A DNA stretch of 61,317 nt from an uncultured virus (IMG/VR IMGVR_UViG_2061766007_000892) (IMGVR_UViG_2061766007_000892), one strand, 5' to 3'; positions 1-9,061 are shown, counted from the first letter of the stretch. Translations and numbers: made by a program. Notes: generated from the sequence alone by a model not told the origin.

Positions 1-420
1 ATGTCCTTACCATTGAGAGCAAGTATATCAAAAATGCGCCATTCCAGTTTCTTATCTTTTTGCCGCGCTAATGCTTTTGGATCAAGGCAGCGAAGAATGG
101 AACCGACATCTTTATCAATACCGCCGGGAAGATAAACTTCACCAAGTATAACAGTAGTATCAGTAAATGCCTTTACTACATCTTCCCAAAAGAAAACCTT
201 ATTTTGAATTTCGCCATAAGTTCCAGTTTTCTTACTGATGCCGCGAGTTTGGAGAGCATTGCGTTCTGGTGTAATAACTGCGCGAGACCAATTGCCATCA
301 TACTTGCGGCTCCATATGTATTGGCCGCTAGCAATCATTTGTTCCNNNNNNNNNNNNNGGAGACATAGAACTCGCGGGCGCCCAATAACGCATCGGTTCA
401 CTAGTGAAATAATCAATCAT
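1..420 (-). CDS. ATP-dependent DNA ligase, N-terminal part (runs off window)
   Basis: Own translation: MIDYFTSEPMRYW..(gap)..YIWSRKYDGNWSRA...ILGEVYL...WRIFDIL = nucleotidyltransferase motifs I (KxDG), III, IIIa. Confidence 0.75.
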
Positions 421-961
421 AAAAATGCTCCTCTTTCATAATTTCGTCTACACTATTTTCAAGGTCTTCAAGCCCTCTACAATTCTCTATAATCCAATTA
501 AATGCGAAATTATCAAGTTCACATTCACTAATATGATTTAACTGGTCAGACGTCATATTCGGATTTTCCCAGTCTAAACCATTTTCATCATATCTTACTA
601 CGCGGATAGTAATCGTTTCATTGTTCTGAATAGCGGCATAATCGTATACTGTTTCATATTCATTTATAAAACGCCAATCAGGAATTAAAATATAATCAAA
701 GAAACTATGCTCTGGAATTGTATAAGCATCAATAAATTTTCCAATTATTTCAGCCCAATAAGTTGGGTAACGACCGCGCATAACGGTTGTGCCAATCTCT
801 TGTAGCAAACTGCGGCCAGCCTTATCCTTTTCGCCATTCCAATTAAAATACTGGGTTGCGTAATACTTAACTAAGTCAGCAAAATGCATTACGAGAACAC
901 GCTTTCCGGAGTTCTCTAACTTTTCTTTCATAATGTTTGCTACGGTATCTTTACCAGACAT
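413..961 (-). CDS. deoxynucleoside monophosphate kinase (start in N gap)
   Basis: P-loop SGKDT, FADLVK, RSLLQEIGT, IPDWRFINE, HISE motifs of phage dNMP kinases. Confidence 0.8.
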   Translation of the reverse strand: MSGKDTVANIMKEKLENSGKRVLVMHFADLVKYYATQYFNWNGEKDKAGRSLLQEIGTTVMRGRYPTYWAEIIGKFIDAYTIPEHSFFDYILIPDWRFINEYETVYDYAAIQNNETITIRVVRYDENGLDWENPNMTSDQLNHISECELDNFAFNWIIENCRGLEDLENSVDEIMKEEHFYD

Positions 962-994
962 NNNNNNNNNNNNNNNNNNNNNNNNNNNNNNNNN

Positions 995-1175
995 CCAATC
1001 TTAATCTAAAATAAAAGTCTATAAACTCTTTTTCTTCTTCTGTTTGACAAGAGTTTGCGAAATTAGAAACCATTTTTACGCCCTCAAAGGGATTGGGTTG
1101 CTGTAATGCCAAATCAACCCAATTTTTTGCTAAATCTCTAATGTAGCCTGGAACATTAGGAAATAATTCAATCAT
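995..1175 (-). CDS. hypothetical protein (3' end in gap)
   Basis: ORF track 951..1175, overlaps upstream stop. Confidence 0.55.
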
Positions 1176-1504
1176 TGTTTTGTTGCTCTTGAAGTTTNNN
1201 NNNNNNNNNNNNNNNNNNCTTCTTCTTTAGATGTAAGTGTAATTTTTTGTACTGGGACGGGAGCCTGTCGCTCATCGTCATCTGGCATTTCAAAGATGTA
1301 ATATCTTTCTGGCTCTGGCTCTCCGTAGTCTGCTGAATAAGAAACTCGGCTACACAGGCATTTTCCGGTTTTCTTACTATATATTTTTGCCGCAACATGA
1401 GTAGTTCCTATTTCTTCTACCCTTACATCACGACATTCGGGCTTTATTTGGTTTACAAACCCTTTATAATCTTCTCTTGTAACTTCATAAATACTATTAT
1501 CCAT
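1172..1504 (-). CDS. hypothetical protein
   Basis: 110-aa ORF tightly coupled to RNase H. Confidence 0.65.
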   Translation of the reverse strand: MDNSIYEVTREDYKGFVNQIKPECRDVRVEEIGTTHVAAKIYSKKTGKCLCSRVSYSADYGEPEPERYYIFEMPDDDERQAPVPVQKITLTSKEEXXXXXXXXTSRATKQ

Positions 1505-1505
1505 A

Positions 1506-1982
1506 TTAACCTCGCCAATGTATTTTTAGTGTTTCTGCTTCTAATTGTGCGAGTTTATCGCATTGTTCATTCCAGTAATTTCCAGTGTGTCCCTCTACCT
1601 TGCGGAAGTCATACCAAAAATTATCAAAGAATGGAATAATTTCTTGCCATAAATCTTGATTTGCGACGGGTTGATTTTTAGAGTTTTGCCAACCGTTAGT
1701 TCGCCAGCTTACATACCACTCTTGCTTATAACAATTAATAGCATAAGCAGAATCACTATAAATAATTACTTTTTCTCCCTTTTGTCGGATACCCTGGGCA
1801 TATTTTAGTGCTTCAAGAATAGCAAGTAATTCCATTCGCTGATTTGTTGTCATAGCAACACTTCCGGATTTATGATAAAAATCATTTCCTTCGCGCAACG
1901 CATAAAAGGCCCAGCCTCCAAAAGTTGAGCGTTGTCCCATCTTTTTAAGTGAACCATCAGTATAAATTTCGAGTGGTATCAG
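1506..1982 (-). CDS. rnhA: ribonuclease HI (start in gap)
   Basis: IYTDGS upstream of ORF-track start, TNQRMEL, YSDSAY, V-NQDLW, KVEGHTGNYWNEQCDKLA. Confidence 0.9.
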   Translation of the reverse strand: MIPLEIYTDGSLKKMGQRSTFGGWAFYALREGNDFYHKSGSVAMTTNQRMELLAILEALKYAQGIRQKGEKVIIYSDSAYAINCYKQEWYVSWRTNGWQNSKNQPVANQDLWQEIIPFFDNFWYDFRKVEGHTGNYWNEQCDKLAQLEAETLKIHWRG

Positions 1983-2449
1983 NNNNNNNNNNNNNNNNNN
2001 NNNNNNNNNNNNNNNNNNNNNNNNNNNNNNNNNNNNNNNNNNNNNNNNNNNNNNNNNNNNNNNNNNNNNNNNNNNNNNNNNNNNNNNNNNNNNNNNNNNN
2101 NNNNNNNNNNNNNNNNNNNNNNNNNNNNNNNNNNNNNNNNNNNNNNNNNNNNNNNNNNNNNNNNNNNNNNNNNNNNNNNNNNNNNNNNNNNNNNNNNNNN
2201 NNNNNNNNNNNNNNNNNNNNNNNNNNNNNNNNNNNNNNNNNNNNNNNNNNNNNNNNNNNNNNNNNNNNNNNNNNNNNNNNNNNNNNNNNNNNNNNNNNNN
2301 NNNNNNNNNNNNNNNNNNNNNNNNNNNNNNNNNNNNNNNNNNNNNNNNNNNNNNNNNNNNNNNNNNNNNNNNNNNNNNNNNNNNNNNNNNNNNNNNNNNN
2401 NNNNNNNNNNNNNNNNNNNNNNNNNNNNNNNNNNNNNNNNNNNNNNNNN

Positions 2450-2925
2450 CCCTATTTTCTAAGAAATCATTTTTACGAATACGCTCTGCATATAGTTCTT
2501 TAATATAATCATATTCGGCTTCAAATTCACCGTTGCTATCCTGGGTTTGTTCTAATAGTTGAATGTATTTATGATTTAATTTATCTATATGGCGGTATTC
2601 ATCGCGGGTATGTTTTNNNNNNNNNNNNNNNNNNNNNGCGGATGCGGTCTTTTTCGTTTGTCATTACTTCTTGATTGATATTTTTTATATCGGTTTTAAG
2701 GTTATTTACCGATTGAACTAATCCATCAATTTTATTTACTTTTTCAATTAGACCATCAATTTTAGTACATGCATCGCCGGTGATTAATTTTCCAATCCAT
2801 TTAACTAAAGCAGACCAAGGATTTATTTTTATGGGAGCTATTTGAATAAATAAAGAGCCAAAAACAATTATTTGCCAGATATTTTTTCCTATCCACTCCC
2901 ATACTTGTTGGGCTTGTGTTCCCAT
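2450..2925 (-). CDS. holin-like membrane protein (gap-broken)
   Basis: N-terminal TM followed by IQIAPIKINPWSAL; frame continues after gap (HTRDEYRHI...NGEFEAEY). Confidence 0.5.
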
Positions 2926-3013
2926 TGGTCTTCCCCCTCCATGAAAAGAATAAATGAGATTTCATTTCTCATGAGATATGTGGTGGGTATAATATAAAAA
3001 TTAATTAAAATGC

Positions 3014-4823
3014 TCAATTATCACTTAAAATATTGTTTAATAAGCTTATGAAATTAGTTAAGAATTCTATTTCGATATGAACTGATTTTAATGCTTCTTG
3101 AGAAATTTCTTCCCAAGATGCTAATGTCATATTATTTAATTGTCCAGGCGGATATTTCTTGTCTGGGTTAATAAAACCAGTTATATTTACTTGTGCCCCA
3201 TAATTTTCATTTGTTGTTTCAGTAACTAGTCCATAAATTTGTACTAACTTATTATAAGTTAAACGTAAAACATAAGATAAAGGATATACTCCAGTATTTA
3301 AAGTAAATAAATGAATAACATTTATATTTCCAGAAGAAGAAAGTGGTATATTATATTTCATTTGATCTGCGACTTCATTTGCTATTGAGCGTTGATCATC
3401 AAATAATAAAATAGTAGCAAATGTANNNNNNNNNNNNNNNNNNNNNTTTTTGTGAAGATAATATCAATCCTTCTCCTACATTAATTGCTGCGGTAATTAA
3501 CCAATCTGCATCTTCTATGCTTATTAAACCATGGTTTTGTAATGCAGAAATTTTTCTAATTTGAGCATCAATATTAGCTCCTAATGATCCTCCATGAAAA
3601 ACTGTTTTACCCTTTATTTTATCTTGTACGCCCATATTTGTGTATCCTTTGGTTGATTCTTCTATAATAAAACATTTGGATATTTTTTCATAGTTTATAT
3701 TTACGTCTTGTATAATATTATCAATTTCATTTATAGCTTTCTCCCAATCTTTTTCTCTTTTATCATAATATTCTTCTGTATTATCCTTTTTTAGACCATT
3801 GATTAATTCTTGTATTTTATTTTGTATTTTAGATATATCAGTAATTAAAGTTTTTTGATTTATATTTGGTTCAATTTTTAACCACCCAATTATATTATCA
3901 GATTTGGCTCCCGTATCTCCANNNNNNNNNNNNNNNNNNNNNNNNNNNNNNNNNNNNNNNNNNNNNNNNNNNNNNNNNNNNNNNNNNNNNNNNNNNNNNN
4001 NNNNNNNNNNNNNNNNNNNNNNNNNNNNNNNNNNNNNNNNNNNNNNNNNNNNNNNNNNNNNNNNNNNNNNNNNNNNNNNNNNNNNNNNNNNNNNNNNNNN
4101 NNNNNNNNNNNNNNNNNNNNNNNNNNNNNNNNNNNNNNNNNNNNNNNNNNNNNNNNNNNNNNNNNNNNNNNNNNNNNNNNNNNNNNNNNNNNNNNNNNNN
4201 NNNNNNNNNNNNNNNNNNNNNNNNNATTCATTACCATATTTTTCTAAAACGAAATCAACAATTTCTTTTCCCACGCTGCTATTATTACCGTTAAGAAAAC
4301 TAGCCACTGCTTCAAGTCGTTGGCTTATATATTCCCATTGGCTTAGTATTTTTCTTATAGCAGAAGAATATTCTTTACCTTGTTTACTTATACCAGTTTT
4401 TATTATTGCATTTTTATTTTCTTTCAATCTATTTAATTCATTTTGCAGCATAGTAAGATCTTTTTGTCCATTATTTAATAGTGTTTGAAATTCTTGTATA
4501 AAATTTTTCCAATCTTCTGCAGATGAAGGAGGAGTAATACCAGTAGTTTTATTAAACCAATTAATAAATTCAGTTTCTTTTTTAGCTTCATTTTGACTTA
4601 CTAGATCTAAAAAGCGTAAAGCTTCTTCTATGGATAAAATTTTTTCATCAATTCTATAATTATTTATTGCATTACTATTATTTGGAATTATTCCTAAATA
4701 ATCTTGCATTATTTTAGCAAAATAGCTCCCTTGCATAGAATGCCATAAACTTTCAGAAATTACATAAGGGCCAGGAAAATGTGGATAATTCATATCCGCT
4801 ATTTTTTCTAATCCTTTATTCAT
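3014..4823 (-). CDS. large hypothetical protein, probably one gene split by gaps
   Basis: ORFs 3399..4874 and 3014..3361 separated by an N gap; RBS GGGGTG before MNKGLE. Confidence 0.5.
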
Positions 4824-4909
4824 TTTCTCACCCCACATATAAAAAATTCGCCCGCAAACGCGGGCGTTCTTCATAATATAAGTATTAAATTTACATTAAA
4901 TCTATTCCA

Positions 4910-5153
4910 TTATCTCTCAAAGAAATACTTTAATAGAATACTTTCATCGGTAGGTAACTGACAAAAAATCTCATATTCATCCCCATGAGCATCAGCTAAT
5001 CTAGCCAATCCAAGATATTCTGNNNNNNNNNNNNNNNNNNNNNNNNNACTCTTCACTGCCGTCATTCTTCAGTAGAAAAACATCACCAGTACAACTGCGT
5101 ACCGCCGTCTTAAATGCCTCTAAATCCTTAATATTCTTTAAAAACTTACTCAT
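4910..5153 (-). CDS. small hypothetical protein (gap-broken)
   Basis: Own translation MSKFLKNIKDLEAFKTAVRSCTGDVFLLKNDG...ILLKYFFER*. Confidence 0.55.
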
Positions 5154-5449
5154 TCTATTACATCCCTCACAATTCTATCATAATGTACTGGATCAATTCT
5201 CTTGTAATCGGCCCACTTTACTAAGTTCTCGACAGTTTCTGGCTTATTAAAATCATATTCTTCGCGCCAGCCACTCCAATCATAAAACTTATCAAAACTA
5301 CGGAAAAGAAAATGTCCTTCAACAAGGTCGTACCAAATTTTTCCCTTAAAACGCATTTTTAGAATGCGTGCGAAGTAATAACAATTTCCTTCTAGCCAAT
5401 CACAATCTGATTGAAAACGACGATTAATAAATTCTTCTATCTTATCCAT
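5150..5449 (-). CDS. hypothetical protein
   Basis: 99-aa ORF with GGAGG RBS. Confidence 0.7.
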   Translation of the reverse strand: MDKIEEFINRRFQSDCDWLEGNCYYFARILKMRFKGKIWYDLVEGHFLFRSFDKFYDWSGWREEYDFNKPETVENLVKWADYKRIDPVHYDRIVRDVIE

Positions 5450-5473
5450 TCCGAATACCTCCTAGAATAATTG

Positions 5474-5544
5474 CTAGACGCCCTATAAATAAAATAAAAT
5501 GGAGCCAAAATATAATTGCTGTTGTTTTAGCGCAATGGCGTCTA
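5474..5544 (-). ncRNA. Y-RNA-like scaffold copy 1
   Basis: TAGACGCC...ACAGCAATT...GGCGTCTAG; termini pair. Confidence 0.6.
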
Positions 5545-5548
5545 AAAT

Positions 5549-5610
5549 TGGCAGGCGTGGCTGGATTTGAACCANNNNNNNNNNTGCCTTTACCACTTGG
5601 CTACACGCCT
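5549..5610 (-). tRNA. tRNA, anticodon in N gap (Gln-like)
   Basis: AGGCGTG/CACGCCT-G-CCA, D arm GCCAAGTGGTAAAGGC, T loop TTCAAAT. Confidence 0.8.
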
Positions 5611-5614
5611 ATAT

Positions 5615-5688
5615 TGGAGCGCCATATGGGACTTGAACCCACAACCTCAGCTTGGAAGGCTAATATGTTACCGTTACACCAATGGCGC
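5615..5688 (-). tRNA. tRNA-Gly(TCC)
   Basis: Full cloverleaf, loop CTTCCAA, CCA end. Confidence 0.95.
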
Positions 5689-5895
5689 ATAAGCCACTTT
5701 AACCGCTGTGGCCGCGTGCTCCCCAGGTACGCTTAAATCAGAGGCGTGGGCAAGTCTATGTAGTAACCCCGTGTTTAATGAGCTTTCTGCACGCTACTCT
5801 GACCAGCTCATTTGCATTATTGTCCCCTCTAACATCTCAATGCTATATCGTCACCCAACTATCACCTGCTAAGAGCAGGGGCGATACTCCCATGA

Positions 5896-6052
5896 TGTGG
5901 TGTGCTTTTACGCTAAACTTCATATTTCTATTATCCATCCGCACATCATACTTATAGGGCATTATAACAAATGTAGCCTATAATACATTTCGCACAGATG
6001 GAGAAATTAAAGACTCATTATCAGATGGCTGCTTCCAAGCCTACTGTCCACA
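5896..6052 (-). ncRNA. mimic of 23S rRNA uL11-binding (GTPase-associated centre) domain with an inserted helix
   Basis: TGTGG-ACA-GTAGGCTTGGAAGCAGCCATC-TGATAATGAG-[insert]-AGCGTAAAAGC-ACA-CCACA versus 23S H43/H44 consensus GGCUUAGAAGCAGCCAUC...AGCGUAAUAGCUCA. Confidence 0.7.
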
Positions 6053-6059
6053 TTTTAAA

Positions 6060-6151
6060 TGGTGGAGGTTTCTTATCGGTATTAATGCATTCTTGTTTCT
6101 CTATATTGTTACCGTAGCACGTGATACTAATAACATAGATTCCCGACCTCC
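6060..6151 (-). ncRNA. 92-nt RNA with acceptor-like stem and ACCA end, non-cloverleaf body
   Basis: GGAGGT...ACCTCC-ACCA, abuts tRNA-Ser CCA. Confidence 0.45.
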
Positions 6152-6240
6152 TGGCGCCGTAGGTTGGATTCGAACCAACGGTAGCTTTCGCTACACTCCC
6201 TTAGCAGGGGAGCGCACTAGACCAACTATGCGACTACGGC
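6152..6240 (-). tRNA. tRNA-Ser(GCT)
   Basis: Cloverleaf with long variable arm, loop CTGCTAA. Confidence 0.95.
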
Positions 6241-6250
6241 ATATCATGTC

Positions 6251-6325
6251 TGGTGGGTGTGGCGGGGATCGAACCCACGAATCACGGATTAAAAGTCCGT
6301 TACCTTACCGCTTGGTTACACACCC
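6251..6325 (-). tRNA. tRNA-Lys(TTT)
   Basis: Cloverleaf, loop CTTTTAA, ACCA. Confidence 0.95.
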
Positions 6326-6735
6326 TAATTATCATGTTCTATATGCCACTCTCTATGGCAGTTTGCACAAAGAAGAATACATTTTTGAGTTTCAGCTTTA
6401 TAACGTTCCCACGCAGGAAGACTACCGCTGCTTAATAAACTACTTGGATCTTTGGTTTTGGTAGAAGAGTTTAAATGATGCCATTCTAATACTTCGCCAT
6501 ATTTATTATATCCGCATTTTTGACAGCCAATAATTTTCTTTTCTTCATTAGCTTTTTTGCGAAATAATTGTTTAACTAAAGTATTACGTGCTACGCGATT
6601 TTCATTAATTGTATGTCCGTTTGAGCTATCAAAAGGTGGAACACATTCATAACAAAATAAACGATTTTGTCCGCCTTGTCGGCCACGGGTATCTTGTAAT
6701 TTAAATTCTTTATTACAGAAGAAACAAGTTGGCAT
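6325..6735 (-). CDS. HNH homing endonuclease between tRNAs
   Basis: CQKCG...LEWHH...CILLCANCHREWH. Confidence 0.8.
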   Translation of the reverse strand: MPTCFFCNKEFKLQDTRGRQGGQNRLFCYECVPPFDSSNGHTINENRVARNTLVKQLFRKKANEEKKIIGCQKCGYNKYGEVLEWHHLNSSTKTKDPSSLLSSGSLPAWERYKAETQKCILLCANCHREWHIEHDN

Positions 6736-6758
6736 AATATCACCTTTAAATTAAAATA

Positions 6759-6832
6759 TGGCTGGGGACGATAGAATTGAACTATCACACTTCGGGTCAG
6801 AGCCGAATACCCTACCATTAGGTTAGTCCCCA
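6759..6832 (-). tRNA. tRNA-Gln(CTG)
   Basis: Cloverleaf, loop CTCTGAC, GCCA. Confidence 0.93.
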
Positions 6833-7255
6833 TTCTTCTAATATGACACCATGCTCTTTAAACCACTGAATAAGAGGCCATCGTTCAGAACAAATATTAT
6901 CATATTTTTCATAGACTAATAATGCAAAATCTACATTATCAAATTGTTCTCCAACCTTTATAGCTTCACTTAATGTTTGAAGGTGCTCCATCAGCATATT
7001 GAAATCTATTTTATCTAGTTGATTTTTATATTCACGCAGGAAATTACAATCATTTGGATGCTTAGGAGAACATTTGCCATCACATAGCCCATTACAACTC
7101 TTTCCAGGTTTTAGGGGTGGAATATCTAACCAAATAATTCCATTTTGGCTTCTTCCCTTTTGAAGCCATTTTGGATTCCAAATGGCAGTAGAAAGCCCAA
7201 TAAGATTAGGCGGAAAATTGCGAATTTGAGCAAAATAAGAAATATAAATCTTCAT
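6818..7255 (-). CDS. hypothetical protein (DUF488-like)
   Basis: True start likely MKIYISYF (RBS GAAAGG); last codons overlap tRNA-Gln 5' end. Confidence 0.6.
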   Translation of the reverse strand: MKIYISYFAQIRNFPPNLIGLSTAIWNPKWLQKGRSQNGIIWLDIPPLKPGKSCNGLCDGKCSPKHPNDCNFLREYKNQLDKIDFNMLMEHLQTLSEAIKVGEQFDNVDFALLVYEKYDNICSERWPLIQWFKEHGVILEEWGLT

Positions 7256-7268
7256 AAAAACCTTTCGT

Positions 7269-7386
7269 CTAGGCACATTATTTTCTATTGCCCTACCTGC
7301 TGGGCGATACGCCAGATTCTGGTTGGCATAATCGGACTTGAACCGATGACTCATAGATTACCTATGTAAATTGCTGTGTGCGCCTA
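7269..7386 (-). ncRNA. Y-RNA-like copy 2 with circularly permuted tRNA domain
   Basis: TAGGCGCAC-ACAGCAATT; T arm ATCGG-TTCAAGT-CCGAT; TATGCCA-ACCA-GAATC-TGGCGTA; D arm GCCC-AGCAGGTA-GGGC; TCTAT/ATAGA; TGTGCCTAG. Confidence 0.85.
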
Positions 7387-7390
7387 TTTA

Positions 7391-7810
7391 TTATAATTTT
7401 AATTCTGGTTTCTTATTAAATTCGGCTTGCGGCCGCGAGGTAGAAGGGNNNNNNNNNNNNNNNNNNNNNNNNNNNNNNNNNNNNNNNNNNNNNNGGTCTA
7501 CTAAAACCATATCATTTATCATATCTTCTACTTCTTCTTGATACTTTATATGATTATCAAAGCGATTTCGGAGCTGATTAAGAAGTTTTTCACCTTCATT
7601 GTAGTTTGTGCCCGTGTAAGATGCGAGAACTTTATTTTNNNNNNNNNNNNNNNNNNNNNNNNNATAAGGTTCAATTACTTTAATATTATAGCGATTATAT
7701 TGTAAATCCCAAGTTAAAAACCAAGGAAAATCTTGAAACTTATGTTGACATTTTTTCTCAGTAGGCTTGGGTGGTTCTTGAACTGGCTCCTTTTTAATGA
7801 AAAATCTCAT
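7391..7810 (-). CDS. hypothetical protein
   Basis: ORF with AGGAG RBS, gaps inside. Confidence 0.6.
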   Translation of the reverse strand: MRFFIKKEPVQEPPKPTEKKCQHKFQDFPWFLTWDLQYNRYNIKVIEPYXXXXXXXXXNKVLASYTGTNYNEGEKLLNQLRNRFDNHIKYQEEVEDMINDMVLVDXXXXXXXXXXXXXXXXPSTSRPQAEFNKKPELKL

Positions 7811-7829
7811 AATAAACTCCTTTTAAAAG

Positions 7830-7903
7830 TGGGCCGACGGAGGGAGTTGAACCCACAACCTATCGCTTACAAGGCGATTGCGCTGCCATTGCGCCACGCC
7901 GGC
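7830..7903 (-). tRNA. tRNA-Thr(TGT)
   Basis: Cloverleaf, loop CTTGTAA. Confidence 0.93.
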
Positions 7904-7910
7904 ATAAATT

Positions 7911-7980
7911 CAAGGCACTAATAATTTACTTTAATATACTGTCCAATTCTATATCTGTAANNNNNNNNNNNNNNNNNCTT
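7911..7980 (-). ncRNA. probable Y-RNA-like copy 8 (conserved motif masked by N gap)
   Basis: 3' end GTGCCTTG, 5' AAG then gap; same position just 5' of a tRNA as other copies. Confidence 0.4.
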
Positions 7981-7996
7981 ACTTGTAACAATAATA

Positions 7997-8089
7997 CTAA
8001 GCCGTTAATTGTGATGGGCTCGAACCATCTCTCATTTTGTTTTCAATCAAAATAATTTAACCACTTAAAAAGATTGCTGTGACGGCTTA
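7997..8089 (-). ncRNA. Y-RNA-like copy 3 with acceptor-less tRNA body
   Basis: TAAGCCGTC-ACAGCAATC; D-like TTTAAGTGGTTAAA; ATTTTG-ATTGAAAA-CAAAAT; T arm GATGG-TTCGAGC-CCATC; AACGGCTTAG. Confidence 0.75.
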
Positions 8090-8128
8090 AAATTTTAAGA
8101 TTTCTTAGAAATAAATTTCATTTCAATT

Positions 8129-8323
8129 TTAGTANNNNNNNNNNNNNNNNNNNNNNNNNNNNNNNTCCACAGGCAGTTGGCACATAATACTAGAACCTTC
8201 AATAGTGAAACAATCACTATATTCTTCTTTACCGTTTTGCTCAAGAGTATTCATAATCCAATGATGAATAGACTTAACAAATTCTGCTTTAGTGGCCTGC
8301 GCGGACAACTCTTTCTTATTCAT
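8129..8323 (-). CDS. hypothetical protein
   Basis: ORF track, gap near 3' end. Confidence 0.5.
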   Translation of the reverse strand: MNKKELSAQATKAEFVKSIHHWIMNTLEQNGKEEYSDCFTIEGSSIMCQLPVXXXXXXXXXXXY

Positions 8324-8535
8324 ATTATTTNNNNNNNNNNNNNNNNNNNNNNNNNNNNNNNNNNNNNNNNNNNNNNNNNNNNATAATCTTCTTTTTCATA
8401 TTCATCTAACCATTTATTAAATTCTTCTTGGAATTTTAGAACCTCATATCCATTATCATTACCATGCATATTTACCTCCAAAACCAGAAAGGAGGAGATT
8501 TTACGGTTGGGATAATCTCCAAACCCAGTTAATTA

Positions 8536-8612
8536 TGGTCGGAGTGGAGGGATTTGAACCCCCGACCTGATGGTCCCAAACCACCCGCTCTACCAAACTG
8601 AGCCACACTCCG
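8536..8612 (-). tRNA. tRNA-Pro(TGG)
   Basis: Cloverleaf, loop TTTGGGA, ACCA. Confidence 0.95.
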
Positions 8613-8617
8613 AAATA

Positions 8618-8737
8618 CTAGACTCATTTTACGGCGTGCTATCCATTACACTATCTTCCCATATGGTGGGAAGAATTGGATTTGAACCAATATTACCGGC
8701 TCCTACAGCGCAAATAAATAATTGCTGATTGAGTCTA
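8618..8737 (-). ncRNA. Y-RNA-like copy 4 with circularly permuted tRNA domain
   Basis: TAGACTCAA-TCAGCAATT; T arm ATTGG-TTCAAAT-CCAAT; TCTTCCC-ACCA-TAT-GGGAAGA; D arm GTGT-AATGGATA-GCAC; TGAGTCTAG. Confidence 0.85.
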
Positions 8738-8760
8738 ATTTTATAAAATGATAAGTAAAT

Positions 8761-8897
8761 AAATACTCTTTACCAGTCCTTTGCGGGTCATGACTTCGCT
8801 TATTCGTAGCACCTTTTATCCTACGAACCCTTGACGGGGGCGACTAGTTCTCCATCCTTTGGTTTGCAACCCTCCGGTGGTACTGCATTGAGTATTT
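8761..8897 (-). ncRNA. candidate structured RNA
   Basis: Closing stem AAATACTC/GAGTATTT, internal TTCGTAG/CTACGAA and CCC-CCGTCAA-GGG hairpins. Confidence 0.4.
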
Positions 8898-8951
8898 TTA
8901 AAACGCTTGCCGGGTTGCGCTTAGACTATCGTCTAGAGGCGTGGCAAGAAA

Positions 8952-8986
8952 TGGCAGTCCGTACGGGAATCGAACCCGTGCCTGCG
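8952..8986 (-). tRNA. tRNA 3' half (rest in gap; Asp/Glu-like)
   Basis: ACGGG-TTCGATT-CCCGT-ACGGACT-G-CCA. Confidence 0.75.
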
Positions 8987-9061
8987 NNNNNNNNNNNNNN
9001 NNNNNNNNNNNNNNNNNNNNNNNNNNNNNNNNNNNNNNNNNNNNNNNNNNNNNNNNNNNNN

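Noticed and set aside
5896..6052. True 23S rRNA gene or contamination
   Set aside because: Only H43/H44-like parts match, with a foreign insert and non-rRNA flanks among phage tRNAs.
8831..8841. Antisense to 16S rRNA motif TTGACGGGGGC
   Set aside because: An 11-nt match that sits in a local hairpin and would target a paired rRNA region; chance is plausible.
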